A stretch of 64,000 nucleotides of DNA from Syntrophobacterales bacterium. GTDB lineage: Bacteria; Desulfobacterota; Syntrophia; Syntrophales; UBA2192. Shown one piece after another: positions 8,039 through 17,492 of the stretch (position 1 is its first letter; each line of letters opens with the position of its first letter). The stretch covers positions 1,091 to 65,090 of the forward strand of contig JAGPKU010000003.1 in the NCBI GenBank assembly GCA_018053845.1, read 5' to 3'. The notes under the pieces are model-generated. The model was not told the DNA's origin and searched no databases. It saw only the letters and a program-made list of their open reading frames with translations. A program made the position numbers and the translations under genes.

Positions 8039-11000
8039 CTATAGCTTCGTCACGTTGACCATGAATGCCTTGTACTCGGGGCAGAACGTGTTGGCGTCGC
8101 CCACGGTGGGCGTCAGGAAGTTCGTGCTGTCGCCGCCGTCCTTGGGGTGCAGCCAGCCGTAATTGAAGGGCAGGCCGACCTGGTGAACCGTCTTGCCCTC
8201 GACCAGGAACGGACGGAAGCGTTTCGTCACCATGGCCACGCACTCCACGGCGCCGCGCACGCTGGACACCCGGACCCGCTGGCCGTTCTCGATGCCCTTC
8301 TCCTTCGCCAGGGGCTCGCCGATCTCGACGTAGAGCTCGGGCTGCATCTCCAGCAGCCAGGCCTGCCACCTCGTGAGGGCGCCCGAGCACCAGTGCTCCG
8401 TGCAGGAGTAGGTGGTGCAGACGTAGGGGAATTTCTCGTCGGCGTTTGCGACCTTGTCCATGTCGCTGTTGAAGATCTTGATGGCCGGGTTGACGAGCTG
8501 CCCGGACAGGGGGTTCTTGCTCAGTGGCCCTTCGAGGGGCTCGTAGTGCTCCGGGAAGGGGCCTTCGGCCATACCCGGCCCGAAGAGGGCACCGAGTCCG
8601 TCCTGTTTCATGATAAAGGGGTACTTCCCCTTCTGCTTGTCCGACTGGGGCGGCCAGGGCCCGTCAGGGACGTCCCCGACCCAGGTCTCCCCGGTCCACT
8701 CGAGGAGCTTGCGCTTCGGGTTGTAGGGCTTGCCGTTGATGTCGCAGGAGGCCCGGTTGTAGATGATCCGGCGGTTGACCGGCCAGGCATAGGACCAGTT
8801 GGGGTAGAGGCCCAGGCCCGTCGGGTCGTCCTTGCCCCTCTTCATCATTTTATTATTGCCGGCGGCGTCGAAGCTCCCGGCCATGATCCAGTTTCCACCC
8901 GACGTCGATCCGTCGTCGGCGAGCATGCCGAAGGTGGGCACGAGCTGACCCTTCTTGAATTCCGTCTTGGTGCCCTTGGCCTTGTCCTCGATGACCGTGT
9001 CCTTGAGAAAGTGACCGTTGATCTGCCTGGCCACCTTGGGGGCGTCGAAGCGACCCTTGGTGTCCTTGTAGTCCCATTTCAAATTCAGGATAGGCTCCGG
9101 GCACGCGCCGCCTTCCTTTGCGTAGAGGGCCCTGACGGCGTCGAGGATCTTGATCGTGATCTCGCCGACGGGGATCGCGTCGTCAGGGGCCTCGGCGGCC
9201 TTGTACTTCCACTGGACCCACCGGCCGCTGTTGCTCTGGCTGCCTTCCTTCTCCATGGAGGCCGAGGCGGGCAGGAGGAAGACCTCCGTCTTGACCTTCG
9301 CGGGGTCGACGCCGGGGCCCTTCCAGAAGCAGTAGGTCTCGTTGTCGAAGATGTTCTCGCCCACGAGCCAGTCGAGGTTCTCGAGGGCCTTGCGGACCTT
9401 GGCCGTGTTGGGGGAACTGACTGCCGGGTCCGTTCCGACGGCGAAGAGGCCCTTGATCTTCCCCTTGTACATCTCGTCGAAGAGGTGCATCAGGGACGTC
9501 GCCGACCCGTCATCGAGCTTCGGCAGCCAGGAGTAGCCGAAGCCGTTTTCGGCCGTGGCCTTGTCCCCGTAGAGGGCCTTGAGGAAGCTGACGAAGAACT
9601 TCGGGTAATTCTGGTAGTAGTTCGCCGACTGGGGGTCGCTCGACTTCGGCGTGCACTTTTCGAGGTACTTGGCCAGTGTGTCCTGCGACGCGACGGGCAT
9701 CTTCAGATACCCCGGCAGGTTGCCGTAGAGGATGCAGTGGTCCGTCGAGCCCTGCACGTTGGGCTCGCCTCGAAGCGCATTCACGCCGCCGCCGCAGATG
9801 CCCATGTTGCCCAGCAGCAGCTGGATGATCGACATGGTGCGGATGATCTGACTGCCCGTCGTGTGGTGCGTCCAGCCCAGGGCGTAGCATTCCGTGCCGG
9901 CCTTGTCCGGGACACCCGTGGCGCTGTATTCCGCGTAGACCTTCGTCAGGTCGTCCTTGGAGACGCCCGTGATGCTCGATACCTTCTCCAGGGTGTAGCG
10001 GGAGTAGTGCTTTTTCATCAGCTGGAAGACGCAGCGGGGATGGGTGAGGGACATGTCCCGCATGGGGATGCCCTTGGCGTCCTTCTCGAAGACCCACGTG
10101 TCCTTGCTGTACTTCCTGGCCTTCGGGTCGTAGCCGGAGAAAAGGCCGTCCTTGAAATAAAAATCAGGGCTGACGATGAAAGAAGCGTTGGTGTAGTTCA
10201 GGACGTAGTCCTTGAACCACTTGTTGTTGCCGAGGATGTAGTGGATCATCCCGCCGAGGAAGGCGATGTCCGTCCCGGATCGGAGCGGGACGTGGTAATC
10301 GCAGCGGGCCGACGTTCTCGTGTATCGGGGGTCGACGTGGATCAGCCGCGCCCCGTTCTGTTCCTTTGCCCGCAGGATCCACTTGAAGGCGATGGGGTGG
10401 TGCTCCGCGGCGTTGCTCCCCATGATGAGGATCACGTCGCTGTTCTTCAGATCGATGTAGTGGTTCGTCATCGAACCGCGCCCGAACGACTCTCCCAGAG
10501 CCGCTACCGAGGGGCTGTGTCAGACCCTGGCCTGGTGATCGATGTAGACGAGCCCCATCGACCGGCAGGCCACGCTCATCAGCCAGCACTCCTCGTTGTC
10601 CACGTTGGAGCTGCCGAGGTGGCCGATCGTCTCGCAGCGGTTGACGAGTTCGCCCTTGGCGTTGCGGGTGACAAAGCCCTTGTCGCGCGTGTCCTTGACA
10701 AGACGGGCGATCCGCTCCAGGGTCCAGTCCCAGGTTTTCTCCTCCCACCGGTCGCTCATGGGGGCCCGGTAGAGGACCTTGCGGAGCCGGTACTTGTTGG
10801 CCTCGGTCAGGTCGAAGAAGCCCGCGCCCTTGGCGCAGAGCGATCCCTCGTTGATGGGATGCTCGGGATCCCCCTCGATGTTGAAAATCTTCCCCGTGTT
10901 CTTGTCGACACTGCAGATCAGGCCGCAGCCCACGGAGCAGTAACAGCAGACCGTGGTGACCTGCCGAGCGGCCATCACGCGCTGCATCTTGTTGATCTCG

Positions 11001-11107
11001 GCGGCGTACGCCTTTGCCGGACCCAGGTCCACGCCCAGGGAAGACAGGGCAACCCCCGATCCCAAGGCGCCGGACAGGGTCAAAAACCCTCTCCTCGTGA
11101 TCTCCAT
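8039..11107 (-). CDS. fdnG: periplasmic formate dehydrogenase catalytic (alpha) subunit, selenocysteine-containing, Tat-exported
   Basis: ORFs 10520..11185 and 8039..10471 are one gene read through TGA at 10520-10522. The junction reads ..IDHQARV-U-HSPSVAALGESFGRGSMTNHYID.., matching the FdnG Sec motif. Start is MEITRRGFLTLSG (twin-arginine) at 11107, preceded by GGAGGAGGGAGG. Confidence 0.9.
10475..10522 (-). other. in-frame UGA (Sec) codon of fdnG plus the ~45 nt downstream where a bacterial SECIS hairpin is expected
   Basis: TGA is at 10520-10522 (minus strand). The downstream mRNA CACAGCCCCUCGGUAGCGGCUCUGGGAGAGUCGUUCGGG contains a CGGUAGC block like the E. coli fdnG SECIS region. I did not verify the fold. 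Confidence 0.55.
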
Positions 11108-11143
11108 GCGAACCTCCCTCCTCCGACATATGACAACTTTGAT

Positions 11144-11185
11144 ATATGCCAAAGGTGGCATAGTCTTTTTTGCCGTTTTTGTCAA
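11144..11185 (-). promoter_or_regulatory. candidate sigma-70 promoter with overlapping inverted repeat upstream of fdnG
   Basis: The minus-sense strand reads TTGACA (11185-11180), a 17-nt spacer, then TATGCC. The -10/+1 region is TATGCCACCTTTGGCATAT (TATGCC-N6-GGCATA inverted repeat). Confidence 0.4.
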
Positions 11186-11325
11186 ACGAAAATCCGGGGA
11201 GAAAAACGGGAAATTCGGGAAGGCCGGAAAGGGATGGAAACCTCTCGGGAATTGGGTTTTAAGACTTGCTGAAGATGCCGGGCGATGCTTATTTTAGCAT
11301 AGGGAAAGCGCTTCTCCCGAACCCA

Positions 11326-12210
11326 TCAGAAGACGTTCCATTCACACCGGGTCATGGGGGCGAAGCCCTTTTCCTGCATGATCAGATCGAGGTGAACCAG
11401 GCCCATGGCCGACACGTCTCGGTCGGTATCGCCCAGGTCGCTTATGTGATTCAGCGTAATGAGGTAGCGCTTGCAGGCATCGCAGGTGAAGGCGGTTTCC
11501 TGCCGCCGGTCATCCACGTAGAAATAGTCAATCCCGCTGGGACTTTCCTTGCCGCAGCCGGGGCAGAGCATCCGGGTGAAGCGCCAGTCGTGGCCGCACC
11601 GGGAACAGTGCAGCCAGCGCTGCGTGATTTTCTCGCGGATAACGGAGATCGTCGGGTGGTCGCCGCAAATGGGGCAGGTTCCCCTGTCCCAGCCCATCTG
11701 CTCGATGTGCCCGCCAATGCCCTTCGACCGCGCCTGGAGGATGATCCGGGCCACGGCGCTCAGCACAAGCCCGATGGCCTGGGGCTTGATGTCCGCTTGA
11801 GCCGCCCAACGATCGAAGGCCGGCCCGATGCTGCCCGGGTAGTCCGCGAAGGCATCGAACAACCGGATGTCGCCGGCCTTGAGCTTCCTCTCAAGCGTTG
11901 CCGCATCCTCCCCGAGGGTCGGGAACCCCTCCCGGATGGCCGACGCCACCGCACATCCGATTTGCTGCCACGGGTCGTCCTTGAAAAAGAAAGGCGTCTG
12001 CTCGACGCAGGGGATTCCCTGCCGAAGTTTCTCCCCGTCGATCCTCGAGCGGTCCGCCGGCTTCAGATTCAGTTCGTCGACGAGACGCTCCCTGACGAGG
12101 AAAAGGGGTTTGAAGGCCGTGACGAGTCCCCGGCTGTGCGGGTTCTTCCCGATGACGTCGTCGATGATTCCCTCAACGCGGGAGGGCTTACGCTCTGCTT
12201 TTCTTGCCAT
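11326..12210 (-). CDS. fdhE: formate dehydrogenase accessory protein FdhE
   Basis: 294 aa with four CxxC pairs (CPICGD, CSRCGH, CPGCGK, CDACKRY) in the FdhE arrangement. Confidence 0.85.
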   Translation of the reverse strand: MARKAERKPSRVEGIIDDVIGKNPHSRGLVTAFKPLFLVRERLVDELNLKPADRSRIDGEKLRQGIPCVEQTPFFFKDDPWQQIGCAVASAIREGFPTLGEDAATLERKLKAGDIRLFDAFADYPGSIGPAFDRWAAQADIKPQAIGLVLSAVARIILQARSKGIGGHIEQMGWDRGTCPICGDHPTISVIREKITQRWLHCSRCGHDWRFTRMLCPGCGKESPSGIDYFYVDDRRQETAFTCDACKRYLITLNHISDLGDTDRDVSAMGLVHLDLIMQEKGFAPMTRCEWNVF

Positions 12211-12250
12211 GGTTTCGCTCCCTGCCGGCGCATGCCGGCGCCATCCGTTG

Positions 12251-14941
12251 TCAGGCCTTCTCGATCCTGACGGCGCATGCTTTATACTCCGCCGTCTGCG
12301 ACACCGGGTCGAAGGCGGGGTTCGTCAGCCAGTTGGCGCAGGCCTCGCGGAAGTGGAAGGCCATCCACACGACCCCTTTGGGGATGCGGTTCGACACGTT
12401 GGCCTTCACCTTCACCTCGCCCCGCCTCGACGCAACACGGACCATCTCGCCGTGAGCGATGCCGAGTTCCGCCGCGTCGGCGGGGGAGATGTCCGCCGTC
12501 TCCTCGCCCAGCAGGTCGTTGAGGCCGGCTGCGCGGCCCGTCTGGGTCCGCGTGTGGTAGTGGTAGAGCCTGCGGCCGGTGCTGAGCACCAGCGGGTACT
12601 GGCTGTCGGGGACTTCCGCCGGAGGGGTCCAGTCCACGGGGGTCAGTGTGCCCATGCCGGCGGTGAAACGGAACTTGTGCAGCGTCGGCGTCCCGGGGTG
12701 CTCCTCGTTGAGACAGGGCCACTGAAGGCCGTTTCCGCGGATGCGGTTGTACTTGACCCCCGCCATCGAGGGGGCGAGCACGGAGACCTCGTTGTCCCAG
12801 ATCTCCCGGGCGCTTTTCGAGGGCCACTTGTGACCCATCCGCTTCGCGATCTCCCGGAAAATCCACCAGTTGGGCTTTGCCTCCCCGGGCGGGGGGCTCG
12901 CCGTGCGGACCCGGCTGATGCGGCGCTCGCTGTTGGAGAACGTGCCGTCGTTTTCGCTCCAGGCGGCCGCCGGGAAGATCACGTGCGCAAACCGCGTCGT
13001 CTCCGTCGGGAAGATGTCGTTGCAGACGATGAACTCGGCCGATTCCAGGCAGTGCTCCACGTGCCGGATGTCCGGCTCCGTGTTGGCCAGGTTCTCGCCG
13101 AAGATCCAGAAGGCCTTGACCTTGCCGCTCGGGAGGCCCTCGAGCATCTGGGGGATCATGAGGCCCGGCTTGTCCGGCAGCGACGTCACGCCCCAGGCCT
13201 TCTCGAACTTGGCCCGCGCCTCGGCATTGTCGACCCGCTGGTAGCCCGGGAACACGTTCGGCAGGGCCCCCATGTCACAGGCGCCCTGCACGTTGTTCTG
13301 TCCCCGGAGCGGGTTGACGCCGCCGCACTCGAAGCCGACGTTGCCGAGGAGCATCTGGAGGTTCGCGCAGGACAGGACGTTGTTGACCCCGCAGGTGTGC
13401 TCGGTAATGCCGAGGGTGTACATGAGCATGACGGGCTTGACGGACGCAAGCCGCCGGGCCACCGTCCGGATCGTCTCCGCGCTCACCCCGCTGATCTCGG
13501 CCGCCCTCTCGGGGGGGTATTCCAGGACTTTCGCCTTGAGCTCCTCGAACCCGTTGCAGCGGGAGTTGACGTACTTCTTGTCGTAGAGGTCCTCGGTGAC
13601 GAGGACGTTCATGAGGCCGTTGAGAAAGGCCACGTCGCTTCCCACCCGGATGGGGATGTGAAGCTCCGCCATGTCGGCCAGTGCCGTCCGGCGGGGATCC
13701 GCGACGAACAGCGGGGCCCCGGCCAACACCGCCTGTTTCACGAAGGAGGCCGCCACGGGGTGCGCCTCGGTCATGTTGGAGCCGATCACGAAGATCATTT
13801 TGGCCTTCGCGAAGTCGGCGAAGGAATTCGTCATGGCGCCCGAACCGAATGATTTCGCCAGACCGGCGACGGTGGGGGCGTGTCAGGTCCGCGCACAATG
13901 GTCTATGTTGTTCGTCTTGAAGACAGCCCGGAAGAGTTTCTGCATCTGGTAGGAGTCCTCGTTGATGCTGCGGGCGCAGCTGACACCGGCAATGGCATCG
14001 GGGCCGTGCCTGTCGATGATCTCCTTGAATTTTGTAACCACAAGATTGAGCGCCTCGTCCCAGGAGGCCTCGCGGAACGATCCGTTTTCGCGGATCAGAG
14101 GGGTCTTGAGCCTTTCCCCCGAATAGATGAAGTCGTAGCCGAACCGGCCCTTCACGCAGAGCCGCCCTTCGTTGGGGGCGGCGCCCTCGACGGCGGTGAC
14201 CTTCACGATCCGGTTGTCCTTCACGTGCAGCCACATCTGGCAGCCCACCCCGCAGTAGGGGCAGGTCGTCCGGATCCGCTTCGTCTCCCAGGGCCGTCCC
14301 TGGCCCCTCAGTTTCTTCTCCGTCAGGGCTCCTGTCGGGCAGACCTCCACGCACTGTCCGCAGAAGACGCAGTCGCTCTGGTGATAGGGGTTGTCACCGC
14401 CCGTGACGATCTTGCTGTCCTTGCCCCGGTAGCCCTGGCTGATGGCCCGGTTTACGACGATCTGGTTGCAGGCCTGCACGCAGCGGCCGCAGAGGATGCA
14501 GCGGCTGAAGTCGCGGACGATGAACGGGTTTTCCTGCTCGGTGGGGTACACGTTCTCGTTGCGGGGAAGGGAGCTTCCGTCCACGTTGTACCGGTAGGCG
14601 AGCTCCTGGAGGCCGCAGTCCCCGTTCGCCTCGCACAGGATGCAGTCGTGCCGGCCCGACGACAGGAGGAACTCCGTGTTGAGCTTGCGGGCCTGGTGAA
14701 CCCGCGGCGTGTCCGTGAAGACCTCCATCGCCGGCGCCACCGGGGTGGAACAGGCCGCCATCAGCGAGCGGGCGCCCTTGACCTCGACGAGGCAGATCCG
14801 GCAGGCGCCTGACGGCGCGAGGCCCTTCAGGTAGCAGAGGGTCGGGATCTCGACCCCGTTGTCGCGGGCCGCATCGAGGATGGATTGTCCCAGTTTGAAT
14901 GGAACCGATCTGCCGTTCAAAACGAAGGTTGCACCGGACAT
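12251..14941 (-). CDS. fdhA: selenocysteine formate dehydrogenase alpha subunit with N-terminal 2Fe-2S/4Fe-4S (NuoG-like) domains
   Basis: ORFs 13883..14941 and 12251..13834 join through TGA at 13883-13885. The junction reads ..[31 protein letters not shown]... The N-terminus has a plant-type ferredoxin fold (..CYLKGLAPSGACRICLVEV..) and CxxCxxCxxxC clusters. No signal peptide. SD AAGGAG precedes the ATG at 14941. Confidence 0.9.
13835..13885 (-). other. in-frame UGA (Sec) codon of fdhA plus expected SECIS region
   Basis: TGA is at 13883-13885 (minus strand). The downstream mRNA ..GUCGCCGGUCUGGCGAAA.. can form a CGCC/GGCG stem with a GGUCU apical loop, reminiscent of the E. coli fdhF SECIS loop. 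Not folded computationally. Confidence 0.55.
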
Positions 14942-15009
14942 GACAGACTCCTTTGCAGACGGATTGTGTTCACGGGATTCACGAGGCGGTAATTTATATC
15001 ATATATGGC

Positions 15010-15051
15010 ATATGCCGAAAATGGCTTAATACAGGTCCGTCGGGATGTCAA
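15010..15051 (-). promoter_or_regulatory. candidate sigma-70 promoter with operator-like block upstream of fdhA
   Basis: The minus-sense strand reads TTGACA (15051-15046), a 17-nt spacer, then TAAGCC, followed by TAAGCCATTTTCGGCATAT (15028-15010). This block matches the fdnG block at 15 of 19 positions. The adjacent palindrome GGCATATGCC lies at 15007-15016. Confidence 0.4.
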
Positions 15052-15250
15052 TAACCTTTTCGGGCTCCGCCGCCGGCGGCCGCGGGAGGGGATCGCCCCG
15101 GGGAACAATGTTATTTTAAACTTATGCTTGCTGAAGGGTTTTGAAATTGATAGGTTGGACACAACCCCGGGTTGGCGCTGTCTTCCGTTGCGACGGGTTG
15201 GAAGACCGGATGAAGCAAGAAACCTTTTCTGGAACCGAAGGGCCGCCATC

Positions 15251-15589
15251 ATGAAAATTCGTTACAAGATCTGGTTGGAGCAAGACGGGAAGGTGATCTT
15301 CGGGAAAGGCCGGGATGAACTGTTCCGGGCGATCCAGGAGTGCAGGAGCCTGCAGGCGGCGGCAAAGGAATTGAAGATGTCCTACCGCGCTGCCTGGGGG
15401 AGACTCAAAGCGTCAGAAGAGCGTCTCGGCATCAAACTCGTGGAAAACGACGGTGCAAAGAAAGGCCTCCGCCTGACGGCGGAGGCCCGGGAGCTGCTGG
15501 AACAATACGAGCAGTTCGAGAAGGACCTCAAAAATTTTCTGCAGAAAAAGTCGAAAGCCTTGGGGTGGGACAGGGACGTGGAACGCTGA
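15251..15589 (+). CDS. ModE-type winged-helix regulator, N-terminal DNA-binding domain only (no Mop domains)
   Basis: Start MKIRYKIWLE lies inside ORF 15005..15589. The ..SLQAAAKELKMSYRAAWGRLKASEERLG.. block matches the ModE N-terminal HTH pattern. 112 aa. Divergent from fdhA. Confidence 0.7.
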   Translation: MKIRYKIWLEQDGKVIFGKGRDELFRAIQECRSLQAAAKELKMSYRAAWGRLKASEERLGIKLVENDGAKKGLRLTAEARELLEQYEQFEKDLKNFLQKKSKALGWDRDVER

Positions 15590-15703
15590 GACCCGTCCGG
15601 AAGGATTGCCAAACCCCCGCCCCGGTAGCGCACCCGCTTCCGGTCAATCCTTCCTCCTGATCATTACGGCCCCTTCATCGGTGCGCCAATCACCGGTCGC
15701 CCC

Positions 15704-16297
15704 TCATTTCAGTTTCCCCAGCTCCCGGATGAGCGCCTCCAGTGGCGGGCGCTTGTTGATGTCGTGGACGTCGATGTAGCGGATGACTCCCTTCTTGTCG
15801 ATGACGAACAGGGCCCGCTCGGTGGTGCCGTCGCTGCGGAGCACCCCGTAGGTCTCGGCAACCTTGCCGTGGGGGTAGAAGTCGGAGAGCACGGGGAACC
15901 ACAGCTGGCCCATCTGGTTCGTCCAGGCGTAGAGGGTGGGGATGTTGTCCACGGTGATGCCCAGCAGGATGGCGTCGCTTGCGTCGAAGAGGTCCTTCAC
16001 GATGTTGTAGCCCGGCCACTGGTCGGAGCACACGGGGGTCCAGGCGGCGGGGACGAAGGAGAGAACGACGTTCTTCTTCCCCCGGTACTCGCCCAGGGTG
16101 ACCCTCTTGCCCGCGATGGAGGGCAGCATGAAGTCCGGGGCCTGCTGGCCGACTTTGACCTTCAGGACGCTGTCGACGGGTTTCAGATCGCCGGGGGAAT
16201 AGATGTTGTCCTTGTAGGCCTCGGAGTGGGTCTGGGCCATCGCCGGCACCCCGAGGGTCAGGGCGACTACGAGGGTGATGAAGGCGGCTGTTCTCAT
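15704..16297 (-). CDS. secreted peroxiredoxin (AhpC/TSA family)
   Basis: Signal peptide ..GVPAMA-QT followed by ..VVLSFVPAAWTPVCSDQ.. (peroxidatic Cys in TPVC context). Confidence 0.85.
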   Translation of the reverse strand: MRTAAFITLVVALTLGVPAMAQTHSEAYKDNIYSPGDLKPVDSVLKVKVGQQAPDFMLPSIAGKRVTLGEYRGKKNVVLSFVPAAWTPVCSDQWPGYNIVKDLFDASDAILLGITVDNIPTLYAWTNQMGQLWFPVLSDFYPHGKVAETYGVLRSDGTTERALFVIDKKGVIRYIDVHDINKRPPLEALIRELGKLK

Positions 16298-16310
16298 TAT
16301 GGCATCCTCC

Positions 16311-16886
16311 TTACAGTCCTGCGGCTTTCTTCAGGGTGTCCAGGAAGGCCGGGATATCGCCGAACCCGCCCAGTTTGGCGTAGGTGATATCCTGGGTGCC
16401 GTTCGGGTTGAGCCTGACGGCAATGAAGAAGGGCGTTCTCACCTCGCCGCACTTCTTGTGGATGTCATAGTCGGGGTCCGGGAAGACGGGGAAGGGAACA
16501 CTGTATTTCTTCCGGAACACGTCCGTCTCGTAGGACGAGTTGCCCGCCCCGATGCCGATGATTTTAATCTTCCCCTTCGAGACGGGGTCCTTCTCAATGG
16601 CCTCGTAGAGCTGGTTCACGACGGGGGCCTCTTTCTGGCAGAAGGGGCAGTACATGCTCAGGATCTCGATGAGGACGAGATTGGCCTTGACGTCGGCCAT
16701 CTTGAAGGTCTTTCCCCAGCCCGAGAGGCCCAGGTAGGTCCGATCCGCCCGCTCGGAGGGAACCGGGAGCATCAGGTCGAACAGCTTGTCGCCGGGCTTG
16801 GGCTGGCCGGCCGCGAGGACCGGGACCGCCGCGGCCAGGGCGGCAAGCAGCAGAAGGGATACCAGGATTATCTTCTTCATCTTCAT
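16311..16886 (-). CDS. secreted thioredoxin-fold thiol:disulfide oxidoreductase (TlpA/redoxin-like)
   Basis: Start MKMKKIIL (ATG at 16886, SD GGAGGA), a signal peptide, and a CPFC active site in ..IEILSMYCPFCQKEAP... Confidence 0.75.
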   Translation of the reverse strand: MKMKKIILVSLLLLAALAAAVPVLAAGQPKPGDKLFDLMLPVPSERADRTYLGLSGWGKTFKMADVKANLVLIEILSMYCPFCQKEAPVVNQLYEAIEKDPVSKGKIKIIGIGAGNSSYETDVFRKKYSVPFPVFPDPDYDIHKKCGEVRTPFFIAVRLNPNGTQDITYAKLGGFGDIPAFLDTLKKAAGL

Positions 16887-17063
16887 CGTGTTCCTCCGCG
16901 CCATGGGTCGTTTTGTCATGAAGTCGCCGGGTCCTTCGTGCGGACCCCTCCTTTTCTCCGCCCCGAAACCATAACAAAAAAAAGCGGACGGGTCAAAGAA
17001 TGGGGCCCCGCTTCCCTGCAGTTGGACATCCCGTAATCGGGGCCGGGAGGGGACAAGAAGTGC

Positions 17064-17092
17064 TTGACATTATGTCATTAATGACATAAATG
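17064..17092 (+). promoter_or_regulatory. candidate sigma-70 promoter whose spacer is a perfect 20-bp palindrome
   Basis: TTGACA (17064-17069), a 17-nt spacer, then TAAATG (17087-17092). TTATGTCATTAATGACATAA (17070-17089) equals its own reverse complement. It lies in the 570-bp divergent region between the redoxin gene and the hydrogenase operon. Confidence 0.4.
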
Positions 17093-17492
17093 GGCTCTTG
17101 CCGGTAGCCATCCCCCTTTGAGGAGATGACCGGTGATGTACATTCGGGAGAGAAGAAGACGGCAGAAGGCGGGTGCACGGATCGCCTGAAAGGCCTTGTG
17201 GGTGAGGATTTCACTTGACTTTCGTGCATGAATAGCGTTTAGACGCAACCGGTCTACCGCATTTCTTTTGTCTCTCTTCCCTGCGGCCGGCAGCCTTTTC
17301 GATGTGCCGACTCGTTTTCGCGCGCTCATTTCCCAGCCAGTCGCAACCCAGTTCTTGAAATTTGAATGACGGAGGAAACCCGGCAGCGCCGAAAGGCGTT
17401 GCGAGTACGGTGATGAACTGTATGCAATCCTCCCTCTACCGGGGGCGGCGAATAACAAGCATCTTTACGGTTCGGTCGTGAAAGGGGGTTTT

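Noticed and set aside
11130-11170. TGGCAT in the fdnG upstream region as a sigma-54 -24 element
   Set aside because: No TTGC-like -12 element occurs at the required spacing. A sigma-70-like TTGACA-N17-TATGCC fits better.
11190-11260. GGGAA-rich stretch between fdnG and fdhE as another periodic array
   Set aside because: The GGGAA spacing is irregular (8-9 nt) and there is no complementary arm. It is not convincingly part of the 7/8-mer family.
8147-11272. Very long antisense ORFs: 8147..11272 (1041 aa), 18641..21145 (834 aa), 51640..54387 (915 aa), 54767..57418 (883 aa) and 33110..35131 (673 aa)
   Set aside because: They lie opposite well-supported genes (fdnG, hyaB, recC, recB, the receptor). 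They translate to Arg/Gly/Pro/Asp-rich low-complexity text typical of shadow frames in GC-rich DNA.
17078-17458. 126-aa and 78-aa minus-strand ORFs in the hydrogenase upstream region
   Set aside because: They have no SD, atypical composition and no motif, and they overlap the probable promoter/leader region.
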